Origin: Octopus sinensis
Taxonomy: Eukaryota
Assembly (NCBI RefSeq): GCF_006345805.1
Contig: NC_043004.1
Span: forward strand, 3,844,001-3,908,000
Length of the DNA stretch: 64,000 bases
Direction of reading: 5' to 3'
Positions 13,652 through 27,115 of the stretch are shown one piece after another. Positions within the stretch are counted from its first letter, which is position 1, and every line of letters starts with the position of its first letter. Under the pieces are notes generated by a model. That model made no database searches. It was not told the DNA's origin and saw only the letters and a list, made by a program, of their open reading frames with translations. The translations under genes were made by a program, and so were the position numbers.

Positions 13652-14470
13652 TATTTAAATGATTAATTTCTGGAAAATTTTACGGATTTTTACAGTTCCA
13701 ATGGTAGATTGGATCTGTAGTCTTCGAGTCAACTTTCTGCTTTCTGGTTTTGAGAAGCCTATTTTCTCAAGACTGTTATTTAGGTAGTGTATTAAATATC
13801 TCAGTGCCCCAATAATTACAGGTATATACCTGAACTTGTAATCTGGATAGAATAACTGCTGATTTTTCAATAGATCAGCATAGGTGTTCTCTTTTTCACT
13901 GATCTTCAGCTTTATGTTAACATCCGCTGGGCAGCTAATTTCCACAATTGTACACAGTTTCTCTTCTCTATCCCAAATCCTTATATCAGGCCTATTGTGT
14001 TTACATTTTATTGAGGTTTTCACCGGGTTATTCCATCAGTACTCCTTTTTATTATGAGTGGCTATGGCTTCTACCATACTGTTGCTTCTTATTTCTTTGT
14101 TTTCGGGGTTATCCTTCCGCTGGATCTCGTTATACAGTGTTCTGGCTACAACATCATGTCTTATCGGTAGATTATACCGTGATTTTCGTGATTGCAAACG
14201 CATACCCTTCAAAGTGGGAGGTAGTAATCTGGCTATTGGACCATGATAAACTGCTTTGACGATCGATGTTACTATCATCACGGAGCTTTCTACTTATATA
14301 TCCATGCATAGTCTTCTGCTCATATAGGCTCATCCTTTCATCTGATGATACGTTATGGTAGAGTCGTGCGACTTCTTTGGGCAAATATTCTAGGTTATCA
14401 GACAAAGAATGTTGCTCAAGGAGCTGCCTTCCAAGTCTTATGATGTTATCAGCCTCATGTATGAAAACTT
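13652..14470 (-). mobile_element. R4-type LINE 3' fragment (post-RT region and RLE endonuclease)
   Basis: MHGYISRKL, HFEGYAFAI, RHDVVAR, HNRPDIRIWD...IVEISCPAD, YIPVIIGAL; frameshifts and an internal deletion. Confidence 0.85.
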
Positions 14471-15889
14471 GGTCAAGGGATGTACATCTGTATGTATGTA
14501 TGTATGTATGTATGTATGTATGTATGTATGTATGTTTGTATGTATATGTGTGAGTATGTGTTAAAACCCCAAGTACAACCGTAACTCACTTTCAATATAT
14601 ACATATATATATATAAGACGCCTTAGGACTTTCAGTCGATGGGAAGACTAATGAGGTGAGCATAAAGAGACATTTGTACATCATCGGAAAATGGTAAAGT
14701 CTTGTGCCAATACGAGTTCCACTCTCCGAATCTCGGTGATTATTTCCTCGTTACAGGCAGAAGTGAGACATACCAGTGAAAATGTGAAACTGCAAATTTT
14801 GTACGAGAGCTTTTCTGTCTCCTAGAAAGGGTCTGTGACAACAGGTAGGAGTCCCCCTTTCCTGGTCGTTTTACTGTACTCCCTGACAGGAACCAAAACT
14901 GTTTCTGCATTCCGTGATTAATTGATACATAGACATTTTATTCGGTCCTTCTGCTTCTTTTTGGACGATTCTAAGAATTTCCTCGTTATATGCCAGTTCC
15001 TTCTGTTACGGAAAAAAAAATTATTATATTTTAGCACCATTACAAATGCTTGTAAACCTATGTCTGGGGAACCTGACAAATGCGACTACTTCGGATCAGA
15101 ATAGACCTCGGAACAATAGTTTTCTAAAATGGGATCACACACTCGTCAAAGCCCTGCAACTCACGAAACGGACTCCCTAAAAACAAACCTACGCATATAC
15201 ATACAGTTAAAAATAGATGCACTCCCCCCTCACCCCCACCCCCAATGTCTCAAAATTCACTTCGAGTCATTTTTTTTTGCGAAGTTAAGTTTATATTGCA
15301 GATTTTAATGCACAGAAAAATTCTTACCTAATAATAAGCGCTGTTGAAATTGGGATGCGCCTAGTACGTCCGTGCTTCCTTTACACCATTAGATGCTGTA
15401 CATATATAAACACTATAAACACACACACAAATACACACACACAAACATTTATAGAGACATATATATATACACACCCATGTACATGCATATACATACCCGG
15501 ATGCATGCACACACATATACATACATATACATAATATATATATATATATATACATGCCTATTCATACCCCCGGCCACACACCCACACTTGCACATGGCTG
15601 CTATCTCAGTACTAAATGGATATTTACTCAGGTTTGATGTCGTGTTTTTTCCACACTATTCCTGTCCGTTGCTGATTTATCAGATTAATGTTGCTGTTTT
15701 ATGTAACAACCTCCCCTTTGATTACTTCCTGATCGCTGTTGTATTTCGCCAGCTCACCAAAAACGAACGGAATGGCTTGCGCTTGAAACACATATATCGG
15801 AATCATACACAGGTGTATGTATCTATATCCATGTGCGTGTGTGTGTGTGTGTATGAACATATATATGTGTATATTTGTATTTATATTAT

Positions 15890-15921
<32 letters not shown>

Positions 15922-15951
15922 TGCATCATATAATATATATATATATATATA

Positions 15952-16030
<79 letters not shown>

Positions 16031-16039
16031 ATACACATT

Positions 16040-16250
16040 CTTTTAGTCATTTAATTGTTTCAGTCATTTGACTGCGCCATGCTGGAGCATCGCCTTTAGT
16101 CGAACAAATAGACCCCAGGACTTATTCTTTGCAAGCTTAGTACTTACGCTATCGGTCGCTTTTGCCGAACAGCTACGTCACGGGGACGTAAACACACCAG
16201 CATCGGTTGTCAAGTAATGGCAGGGGGACAAACACAGTCACACAAACATA
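16040..16250 (-). mobile_element. SINE family B tail half, running into an expanded CA/TA array
   Basis: Homology to 4843-5050. Confidence 0.8.
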
Positions 16251-16280
16251 TATACACACATACATGCACACACACATACA

Positions 16281-16341
<61 letters not shown>

Positions 16342-16699
16342 GTATATATATACATATGTATATACATATATATACATACACACACACACACACCACACAC
16401 ACACACACACACACATATTATATATATATATATTATTATATATATATATATAATATATATATATACATTATACACTTCTATATACCAACACATTCATATG
16501 GTCTATCATAATATGCCCATGTATAAGTATGTACAATATTTGTATGCACCCATCCGGATATACATACATATTAAACGCATGTGGATACGGCCTTCTGTAC
16601 GTCACGCATGTATATATACACACACACATATATACACATATATACATGCATATATACTGACACACAGTATACAAACATATACACGCTTATAACTCACAC

Positions 16700-17040
16700 G
16701 CATATGTGCACACACACACACATATACGTATAAATACCGACGCATACATCCATAGGTACATATATACATACATACGAACACATACATACACACATCTATC
16801 CATACACACATACACATGCATACATACATACACATGCATACATACATACACATATACATACATACATACATACATACATAAACACACGTATACATACACA
16901 CATACATACGTATAAATACCAACACACACATACATACATAGGTACATATATACATACATACAGATACACATACATACACACATCTATCCATACACACATA
17001 CACACGCATACATACATGCATACATACACACATGCATACA
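16700..17040. repeat. Imperfect ~180-bp direct duplication within CA/TA low-complexity DNA
   Basis: cgtataaatacc...ataggtacatatatac...catctatccatacacacatacac occurs twice. Confidence 0.7.
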
Positions 17041-17626
17041 CACATACATACATACATAAACACATATATACACACACACACACAGGCTGTAAGTCTTGCT
17101 GACATTTTCGTCGATAGATTTGATATTTAAACATTTTCTCCCCTCCGCGATAAAATATGTTTATCATCAATAACGCTTTGAACTTCAAGGAAATTCAAAT
17201 TGAATTTTTTAATAGTAAATTGCAAAGAACGCCTAATGGAATAAAATATGGGTTCGATTTCTTCCTATCAAACCTTTTAGAAGTTCTTAACTCGAGATTA
17301 ATTTTTTAGAAAACTACTATTCTAAGAAAACTTGGAAGAGAGTATATTTTCGATTCCGGTTGTTTCTGTTATTTTTGTAACTATCTTTATCAATATTCTT
17401 GATGGCGAGTGAATAGTTTTTATATTAAGTCAGAGAATATCGGTTGTGAATTTTTATTTTGCATTTTTTTAAAACTTTTGGTTTGAAAATGTTGGTTTGA
17501 GAAACACTAAAAATGTCCTTTCTCGCATCAAAAATAATGAGGTACAATACAGAAAATATGTATAAAGATATCTAAGGGTAACAAATGCTGTATAAGAATA
17601 CCAAAGCGATATTTCTATTCAATAGA

Positions 17627-17677
17627 ATTCTTCTTCTTCTTCTTCTTCTTCTTCTTCTTCTTCTTCTTCTTCTTCTT

Positions 17678-17708
<31 letters not shown>

Positions 17709-17766
17709 TTCTTATTATTATTATTATTATTATTATTTTATTATTATTATTATTATTATTATTTTT

Positions 17767-17798
<32 letters not shown>

Positions 17799-17831
17799 TA
17801 TTACTACTATTATTATTATTATTATTATTAT
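17627..17831. repeat. (TCT)n-(TAT)n-(CAT)n compound microsatellite
   Basis: Direct inspection. Confidence 0.95.
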
Positions 17832-18057
17832 TCAGTAGTTTTATTTTTATTTTTATAGCGTGCTTTCACTTCACTACCGAGCGCAGCTCTGTGTGCCTTG
17901 GGTGTGTGCTGTGATTTGTTGTGATGCTCTGATGGTTATTGTATGGAAAGTGTTCTGCGTAGGATGTGGGCAGTGCCTAGTAGTGCAATTTTCTGTATGT
18001 TATATGTGTTTGTAAGTCCTGGTGTTTTTGTTATGTATTTGTCTGAATATTTTTTTA

Positions 18058-18060
<3 letters not shown>
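17832..18060 (-). mobile_element. R4/Dong-type 3' end, second copy
   Basis: Reverse complement of about 320-543 with few differences; (TAT)n on both sides. Confidence 0.8.
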
Positions 18061-18118
<58 letters not shown>

Positions 18119-18164
18119 CCTGTTCTTTCAATTTTTTCCATTTCTTGCCGAGTGTCTTCCCGAC

Positions 18165-19130
18165 GCCTAGGACAAAGAAACTCACTGTATTGTTTTCAGT
18201 CATGCTTGCTTGTCTGTTTGACCGTGGACATGATAACTCAAGAACCGCTGGATGGATTCGGATGAAACTTTCAGGGATGCTTGACTTCATGACTGGCACA
18301 AACGGATTAGATTTTGGGATCGATCTGGTACCGGACAAGTATTCTTGATATATTTATTATATTTACTTTACATTACATGATTACAATCTTACGTTGACTT
18401 TCAAGTCTTTCTCAATTAACTCCCTTTAGGCTGTTTCCAAAGTTTTATTTTAGTTTCTCTATTATTAATTTTACTCGCGTTTCTATCTTAGTTGAAACCG
18501 ATGAATAAAGAAATCAAACTACATAAACAAACGGCAGCAAAACCGTTTCAGAAATTAAATAACACTGACATATTTATATAATATATGTATTATATATTTT
18601 ACATACATATAAACACTTTACAGTATACTTATATATATATATCTGTACATCGATCTAAAACAACAGGCATACTAAAGACAGGCCAGAATTTTAGAGAAGA
18701 GAAAACCAAAAGGTCTCATGCTATTCATTTAAAAATTCCTGAGTAGAACTTATTATTATTACCTCTGCCTTTGAAACTATTTTGAATGGTAAATTTGCTA
18801 ACTTTGGCTTGTATTAAATAAAGACAAACTATTTGTTACTGTTACTAAATTTTCTACAGCCACCTTCACATTTCATGTCTACCACTGGGATCGATTAGGT
18901 ACCGGACAAGGATTCTGGATAATTTTTCTGGTTTTTCTACATACTTTTTGAGAGCGGTCGGGTTCATTTTTAATATTCTCATTTGTGAGAGTAGTCGAGT
19001 CTATTTAAGATATTCTCATTTTTAAAATTATCTCTGGCTAATCGTTGAGAGGCCATTGGTGTTGCCTTGGCGGAGGTTTGCGCTCTATGAATGCTCTTAT
19101 TATTATTTTGGTTTGGCTCAGGTTCGGTCT
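18165..19130 (+). mobile_element. Helentron-associated (HINE/DINE-1-like) non-autonomous element, split in two pieces (18165-18345, 18885-19130)
   Basis: GTYT-type microsatellite near the 5' end, ggatgaaactttcaggg core, duplicated gggatcgat..gtaccggacaag at both breakpoints, 3' end ttggcggaggtttgcgctct. Confidence 0.5.
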
Positions 19131-19197
19131 TATTTCTAGTAGATTTATGTGGGTAGTTGGTTACTACCTGTATTATTATTATTATTATTATTATAAT

Positions 19198-19289
<92 letters not shown>

Positions 19290-19294
19290 CTTCA

Positions 19295-19800
19295 TAACAC
19301 AGTGTAGGCAAAAATGCACCGGAGTCTTTAGTCATCTGTCAAGTCACAACAAAGACCTCAGACAGATAATACTTTCCTTAAGACGTGCGCTGTGACCAGT
19401 AAGGCTGTTTTCTTGCAAGACATCAATCTTGCATGGCATTTCCAGTTGCCTTAAGAAGTCTTGAAATTTCAATGGGATTGAGCCCAACTCTCCGAATACC
19501 ACTGGTATCACTTTTACATTGCCCTCTCGCATTCCATACAATCTTGCCTTTTCCACTTTCAATTCGGAGTACTCTTTACTCACAACATCCATGCCATTTG
19601 GTGTGGCTACATCAATGATCTGACAGTATTTAGCTCTCTTACTCAATATGACAATATCCGGCCGACGGATATTGTCGACTACACGATCTGTCTGAAGATC
19701 ATAGTCCCAGAGTATCGTTATTTTTCCATCGTCCTGCATAACTTTATTTGGCACATTCTCATACCAGTTCTGTTATTTCATATTGGTATTTACGGTTTAA
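19295..19800 (-). mobile_element. R4/Dong-type RLE endonuclease fragment between (TAA)n arrays
   Basis: ILWDYDLQTDR...RRPDIVIL...IIDVATP...KVIPVVFGELG. Confidence 0.85.
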
Positions 19801-19824
19801 GGGCCAAGGACGATATACTCACAC

Positions 19825-19870
<46 letters not shown>

Positions 19871-19885
19871 TTATTATTATTATTA

Positions 19886-19964
<79 letters not shown>

Positions 19965-20029
19965 CCCTATTTTTTCAAAAGTTTTTTATATCTATTTTTG
20001 GTTTTGCGACAAAAAACACTGCAAAAATC

Positions 20030-21158
<1,129 letters not shown>

Positions 21159-21317
21159 GGTAAACAGTAAAATTAATTACAGACATGGACAAGAACATGA
21201 AACACCACAGAGACGACACAAGAACCACAGACGGGACATTCGAAGCCCTCAGTCATCAGTCAAGAACCAGATCATCCTACAATTTCGGCTGATTAATATA
21301 TATATATATATATATAT

Positions 21318-21357
<40 letters not shown>

Positions 21358-22065
21358 TAATATATTCTTTTATTCTTTAATTCTTTTACTTGTTTCAGTC
21401 ATTAGTCTGTGGCTATGCTGGGGCACCGCCTTAAGTTTTATACATAAATTTACACATTCAGTGTGAGGGTCATGCTGACAGGAACTTACCCATTCTACAT
21501 AAAGGCGACGTCTTCGGTGGTGACCCATTAACCCGTTAAATGATATGCAGGATTCTTAATTTTACGTTTCTTTCCTCCACTGTTGGAGAACTCAGAATGG
21601 TAAATGAAGAGTTACTGAATAATCAGGAAATTGAGGCTAATCAGTGGCTGAACCGCTGCTACTATTACGACTACTATTACTACTACAACAACCACAACCA
21701 TAACCACCACCATAATAACTACAACAACGACACCTGCTCTAATAAGCGCCCCCATAATCTCCCAACCTTCCACCAATTTCTTTATAAAGGCTAATTGTAC
21801 TTTATGAAATGACATCTATCACGCAGTCTAATGGCGAAGTCGGCGGCAGCTGAGACGAGGGTAGAAATCAAACAGCTGCTTCTCACTCGATGACGTCTCT
21901 TGGCGTCTTTCTTTCGCTTCTTTCATCCTCTTCTTCTTTCTCATTATCTTCATAATTACTCCTCTCCCGTCCCTCCATTGTCCTGATGTTCAGCATCCTG
22001 ATTGCTACCATCTCCGATATCGTACATACATATATATATATATATATACATACATATATATATAT

Positions 22066-22096
<31 letters not shown>

Positions 22097-22135
22097 CATA
22101 AATACAAACACACACACACACACACACATATATTT

Positions 22136-22344
22136 AGGCGCAAGCGTGGATGAGTGGCAAGAGGTTTTCTTCCTAACTCCATGGTTCTAGGTTTAGTTCC
22201 ACTCTGTGGCACCTTGGGCAAGCGTGTTCCACTATAGCTTCGGGCTGATCAAGGCTTTGTGAGTGGATCTTGTAGACGGAAACTAAAAGAAGCCCATCGT
22301 GTATATATACTTATATGTTATATATATATATATATATATTATAT

Positions 22345-22375
<31 letters not shown>

Positions 22376-22376
22376 G

Positions 22377-22458
<82 letters not shown>

Positions 22459-22684
22459 TGTATATATATGCATGTGTGTGTGTTTTTGTTGTTCACAACT
22501 GCTTGACATCCGGTGTTGGTGTGTTTACGTCCCCGTAACATAGCGGTTAAGATTAAGGGACCAATAGAATAAGTAGCAGGCTATAATAATAATAAAAAAG
22601 TATTGGGGTTGATTCATTCGACTAAACGCCTCCAAGATGGTGCCCCAGCATGGTCGCAGTCTAATGACTGAAACAAGGAAAAGA
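22136..22684 (+). mobile_element. SINE family B
   Basis: Head, expanded internal microsatellite and tail all recognisable. Confidence 0.8.
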
Positions 22685-22729
22685 TAGGTTATATAATATA
22701 TATATATATATATATGTATGTATGTGTGT

Positions 22730-22760
<31 letters not shown>

Positions 22761-22769
22761 ATAACCTAT

Positions 22770-22996
22770 AATGCTCATGGGTCCGGTTTCCAGGTTTCCA
22801 TGGTCTATGTGTTCCGCAGCTGGACGGGACGCCAGTCCATAGCAGCGTTACTCATTTTTGCCAGCTGAGTGGACTGGAGCAACGTGAAATGAAGTGTTTT
22901 GCTCAAGAACACAACGCGTCGCCCGGTCCAGGTATCGAAACCACAATCTTACGATCATGGTGCTGACCCCCTAACTACTAAGCCACGCGCCTCCAC
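22770..22996 (-). mobile_element. tRNA-derived SINE family C (gtggaggcgcgtggct head)
   Basis: A/B-box-like head plus cttgagcaaaacacttcatttcacgttgc core; related copies at 7615-7803, 47939-48060 and 51130-51330. Confidence 0.85.
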
Positions 22997-23249
22997 TATA
23001 TAACGATTAGTTGCTCATATTCTGAGGCACTGACACAACGATAGATGGATCGAATCATGTTAAAGGTAAGTGTTTTTGAGTCACAGACACATCGGCTAAT
23101 TGTTCAACTCCGAAGTTCCTTATTTTTCATACAGGCTCCCCCCCCCCATTTGTGTCTCGTAATTCTTACCGTTCGAGTGTAGAAAGTCGTCAGAAAGAAA
23201 AGCTAAGAAAGATGCTGCAACGAAGGAAAATAAGAAGATAGCAACTTAC

Positions 23250-23288
23250 CCCCGAGACATGCATGGAGATTATGTCTGCTGCATTTTG
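23250..23288 (-). CDS. Coding exon 2 (39 nt) encoding the cyclic mature-peptide core AKCSRHNLHACLG(G)
   Basis: Strong acceptor (ttttttttttctcatttcag|) and donor (GGG|GTAAGT); phase 1-1, in frame with the signal exon; K-C...(L/I)HACLGG matches EP/GGNG peptides as recalled (leech AKCEGEWAIHSCLGGNa, Thais KCSGKWAIHACWGGNa). Confidence 0.75.
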
Positions 23289-23489
23289 CTGAAATGAGAA
23301 AAAAAAAATCAAAATAAATAATTTCAAAGACATATTGTTTTGTTTTCCAGCGATACAAAGCTAAGTTTTCATAGGAAAAAATATGATCGAGTGAATTAAT
23401 TTTTTGACCGAGAAGAGTTCAAGGTTCAAAGTTAATTTCTGCGGGATTTCGATTCGAAACTGAGACGTGTAGGATTAAACAACGGCAAG

Positions 23490-23960
23490 AAATTTTGAGA
23501 GGATGGGTATTAGTCGATTATATTGACCCAAATACTTTACTGGTACTTTATTTTACCCCTGTAGGGATGAGAAGCAAAGCTGACCTCGCGTGAAGCAGCA
23601 TCCGTTTCTAAAAGATTATCATCCAATTATTTGTCCATCAGGCGTCCTTTCTTTGCATATCATTAGTTTGTCCCTTGAAGACAAGGGGATTTTTTTGTAT
23701 GGTAGGGTTATCGATGATAAAATTGATTCAGGCGTTATTATTGGTTATTATTTTATAGGCGGCGGCGTAGCAGAATGGTTAGCACCCCGGGCAAACTACG
23801 CAGCGGCATTACGTTTTGAGTTCAAATTTCAAATTCTTCCGCGATCAACTTTGCCTTTCATCGTTTCGGGGTCGATAAAATAAGTACCAGTTGAGCACTG
23901 GGGTCGATGTCGTCGACTTAACTCTTTCCTCGAAATCACCCTCCTTCTTCCAAAACTTGA
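23490..23960. mobile_element. Two diverged family A SINE copies in opposite orientation (23490-23590 minus; 23757-23960 plus)
   Basis: Homology to the family A core (gtcgataaaataagtaccagttgagcactggggtcgat). Confidence 0.7.
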
Positions 23961-24542
23961 AACCTTTTTTTTTTTTTATCCATTCAGGAAAAATAAACTG
24001 CAAGGTAACCTATGGCGTAATTTAGACTTAAAAGAAAAAGTTCAAATACTCTGCAACCGTCGACCTTGTACCATATTCTCAAGGCTCCTTATTTTATATC
24101 ATTATTCATAACGGTTAATGGATCGCAAGAGAATATAATGAGATACGGAATTCCAAGGTGGCGGCAATTCACAGTAAGTGTAACGACGTCTCACCGTCGT
24201 GAAAAATACACACATTTCCTTACATGATCAAAAACAACATCGAAAACTTCTGATCTAAAATATTTAACCTTCAAGAGTATTCACTTTCCTTGCAACTAGA
24301 ATGTCGAATGTAACAAAGCGAACAGCAAAATAGTTTTTCGAAATATCTCTGATAAAATGTTCTATTTCTGATAAACATCAAAGACAGTCACGTGCCCAAT
24401 GGCGTGTATTTGATGATTTAGAAGAATAATTTCCTTGATTGTTTTTATGTTTGCACTTTGTACGCTTGCAGAAAAAGTATGTAGCAGCAGACATAAATAC
24501 AAATCATTGAAAGAGAGAGGGGGGAGAAGGGAGAGAGAGAGA

Positions 24543-24579
<37 letters not shown>

Positions 24580-26104
24580 GATGTTGGCTGTAATTTCTTT
24601 ATTTGCTTCTACACCTGTGAAGTAGATATTGCTTGCAGCCATTACAAGCAGCGGTGTTGCGGTTTATAGAGGGGAGAGACATACATTTAACCTGATAGGA
24701 AAGATAAATTGTACTTGTTATTGTCGAATTTAGAAATGTCTGCGTTCGAACTGTGTACGGAGCAATGAGTAACAATGACTATCATGAACAGACATCTAAA
24801 CCGAAAATCATCGACTGAAAAGATCAGTGATCAATATTCAATCGATCTATCCAGTTTATGACTATCTACTTTAATCCCACCGATGGCCGTTCTCATTTTC
24901 TTCTCTCGCACACGACTTGACTTCGAGCCACGTTCATCAACGGACTGGCATTCTGTTAGAGTTTTAGAGCACCAAAGTACGCACTGTTAGTACTCTTTGG
25001 CCAGTAACGTGATGTGCCATTGTATAAAAAACAAAATTTTTAACATAGATTGGCTCAGTACATTCAGATATAAGTATATATTTCCTATCTTTCCTATCAG
25101 GTTAAATGTATGTCTCTCTCCTCAATAAACCGCAACACCGCTGCTTGTAATGGCTGCCAGTAATATCTACTTCGCAGGTCCTAATATGTAGAAGGAAGTA
25201 GCAAATCGCATGGGAATGGATGATTAACGAGCTTTTGTAAACATTCAACCAATTGAGTGAAAGTTAGAACTTCGATATTCTAACAATTGACTCTGTCCAT
25301 GCCGGGAGGTTAAAGACAATCCTGTTTCTGACAAATTATATAAATAAAAAAAAAAATTGCTAACATCTGATGAGGAAGTCTCTACGCAGTTGCACGACTT
25401 GCTAGAAAATGCCTCCAAATCTTCCTCAAATCCAAGATAGAATTTATGTGGGACGATGTTGTTTTTGATAGACATAGGAAAAGATGGGTCAATTACAGCT
25501 TAAACCCATTTGATAATACACTTGCTCAAAGAGAGGACTCAGGTCTAAAGATCAACAACATCCACGGAAAAAAATAAATAAAACACCTCAATCTGTCGTT
25601 TCCATCACCCAAAAATATCTGGCATAGTTCCTTGTTAAGAGAAACTAATGTCTTCATGACAATTTTTTTTTGCTTTTTTTTAGGGGCGTTTTTCCTCAAT
25701 TTCCTTAAGTTCGGAATAAAGATAAATTATTATGAAATAATTTTCATTGAAATTAAAAAACCAAGAAGATAACTTGGTAACTGGTGCCATAACCAACAAT
25801 TCCAAACTTTCTTTTATCGTTTCCAGAATATTCGAAAATTATTATGGCCTCTTTAAACTATAGTTTATGAGAAAGTAATTCTGAAGACCCAATGATAAAT
25901 GTGCTTCAATGGAATTCTTTCCAAATACCGTTTATTTTTGTTAGAATACAATGGTGATGGGGGCGGTGAGAATGATGATGACTATGATGATGATGAAGAG
26001 GAGGAGGACGAGAATGAGATGATGACTAAACGAGGAAAACCTCAGACAAGCATTTCGTGATGACAAAAGTAAGGTTAACAATATAAAAATATGTATATGT
26101 TTGT

Positions 26105-26399
26105 TCCTTCACGAGCCACGCCTGGTTCATAAGGGCCAGTTTCCCGGTTTCCTTGGCGTATAGATTCCCCACCTGGACGAGACGCCGGTCCGTCGCAGGG
26201 GAGCTGCAAGATGCAGGAGGAAAGGGTGAGAGAAAGTTGTGACGAAAGAGTCAGCAGAAGTTCGCCATTACCATCTGCCAGAGCCGCGTGGAGCCTAGGT
26301 GTTTCGCTCATAAACACACACATCACCCGGTCTGAGACTCGAACCCGCGATCCCTCGACCGCGAGTCGGCTGCTGTAACCACTAGGCCATGCGCCTCCA
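26105..26399 (-). mobile_element. tRNA-derived SINE sharing its tail with family C
   Basis: Head gtggaggcgcatggcctagtgg...gggttcgagtc; tail ggaaaccgggaaactggcc shared with 22770. Confidence 0.8.
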
Positions 26400-26401
26400 C
26401 A

Positions 26402-26549
<148 letters not shown>

Positions 26550-26584
26550 ATATAATATATATATATATATATAAATTATATATA

Positions 26585-26968
26585 TATATATATATTAATC
26601 AATATAGGGTGCCAAAAAATTTTGTAGAATTTTTTTGCCACCAGCGGCCTAGTGGGAAAAATTAAATAGTCATAGACCATTTTTAAGTTCAACATCAACA
26701 ATCAAGGAACGGCCATAATAGGCCATTCACCCACTAGAAATACAGCCAAAGCTTCAACCGCAAATAAAAATCAATTCCGTAAACCAGGAGAAAATTTAAA
26801 AAACATTTACCCTGTAATTTCTTATACAAACGGTGCATCGTATAAGAAATTACAGGGTAAATGTTTTTAAATTTTCTCCTGGTTTACGGAATTGATTTTT
26901 ATTTGCGGTTGAAGCTTTGGCTGTATTTCTAGTGGGTGAATGGCCTATTATGGCCGTTCCTTGATTGT

Positions 26969-26972
<4 letters not shown>
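26585..26972. mobile_element. (TA)n-embedded element end with fold-back duplication (putative Penelope-like)
   Basis: Starts with the same TTAAT(C)AATATAGGGTG+hairpin terminus as the 20485 element; distal part is a 134-bp inverted repeat; (TA)n on both sides. Confidence 0.4.
26694..26972. repeat. Near-perfect inverted repeat (134/133-bp arms, 12-nt loop)
   Basis: Arms 26694-26827 and 26840-26972 differ only by one base in an A/T run. Confidence 0.95.
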
Positions 26973-27041
<69 letters not shown>

Positions 27042-27084
27042 GTGTGACTGTGTGTTTGTGTGTGTATAAATATATCTATATATA

Positions 27085-27115
<31 letters not shown>

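Noticed and set aside
21230-21295. Hammerhead-like words (CTGATGA...CGAATGTC) on minus
   Set aside because: No GAAA and stems II/III do not form
25364-25410. CTGATGAG...hairpin...GAAA
   Set aside because: GAAA is not adjacent to stem II and stems I/III are absent
26320-26399. tRNA gene
   Set aside because: The acceptor stem does not close and the sequence continues into a SINE body; it is a tRNA-derived SINE head
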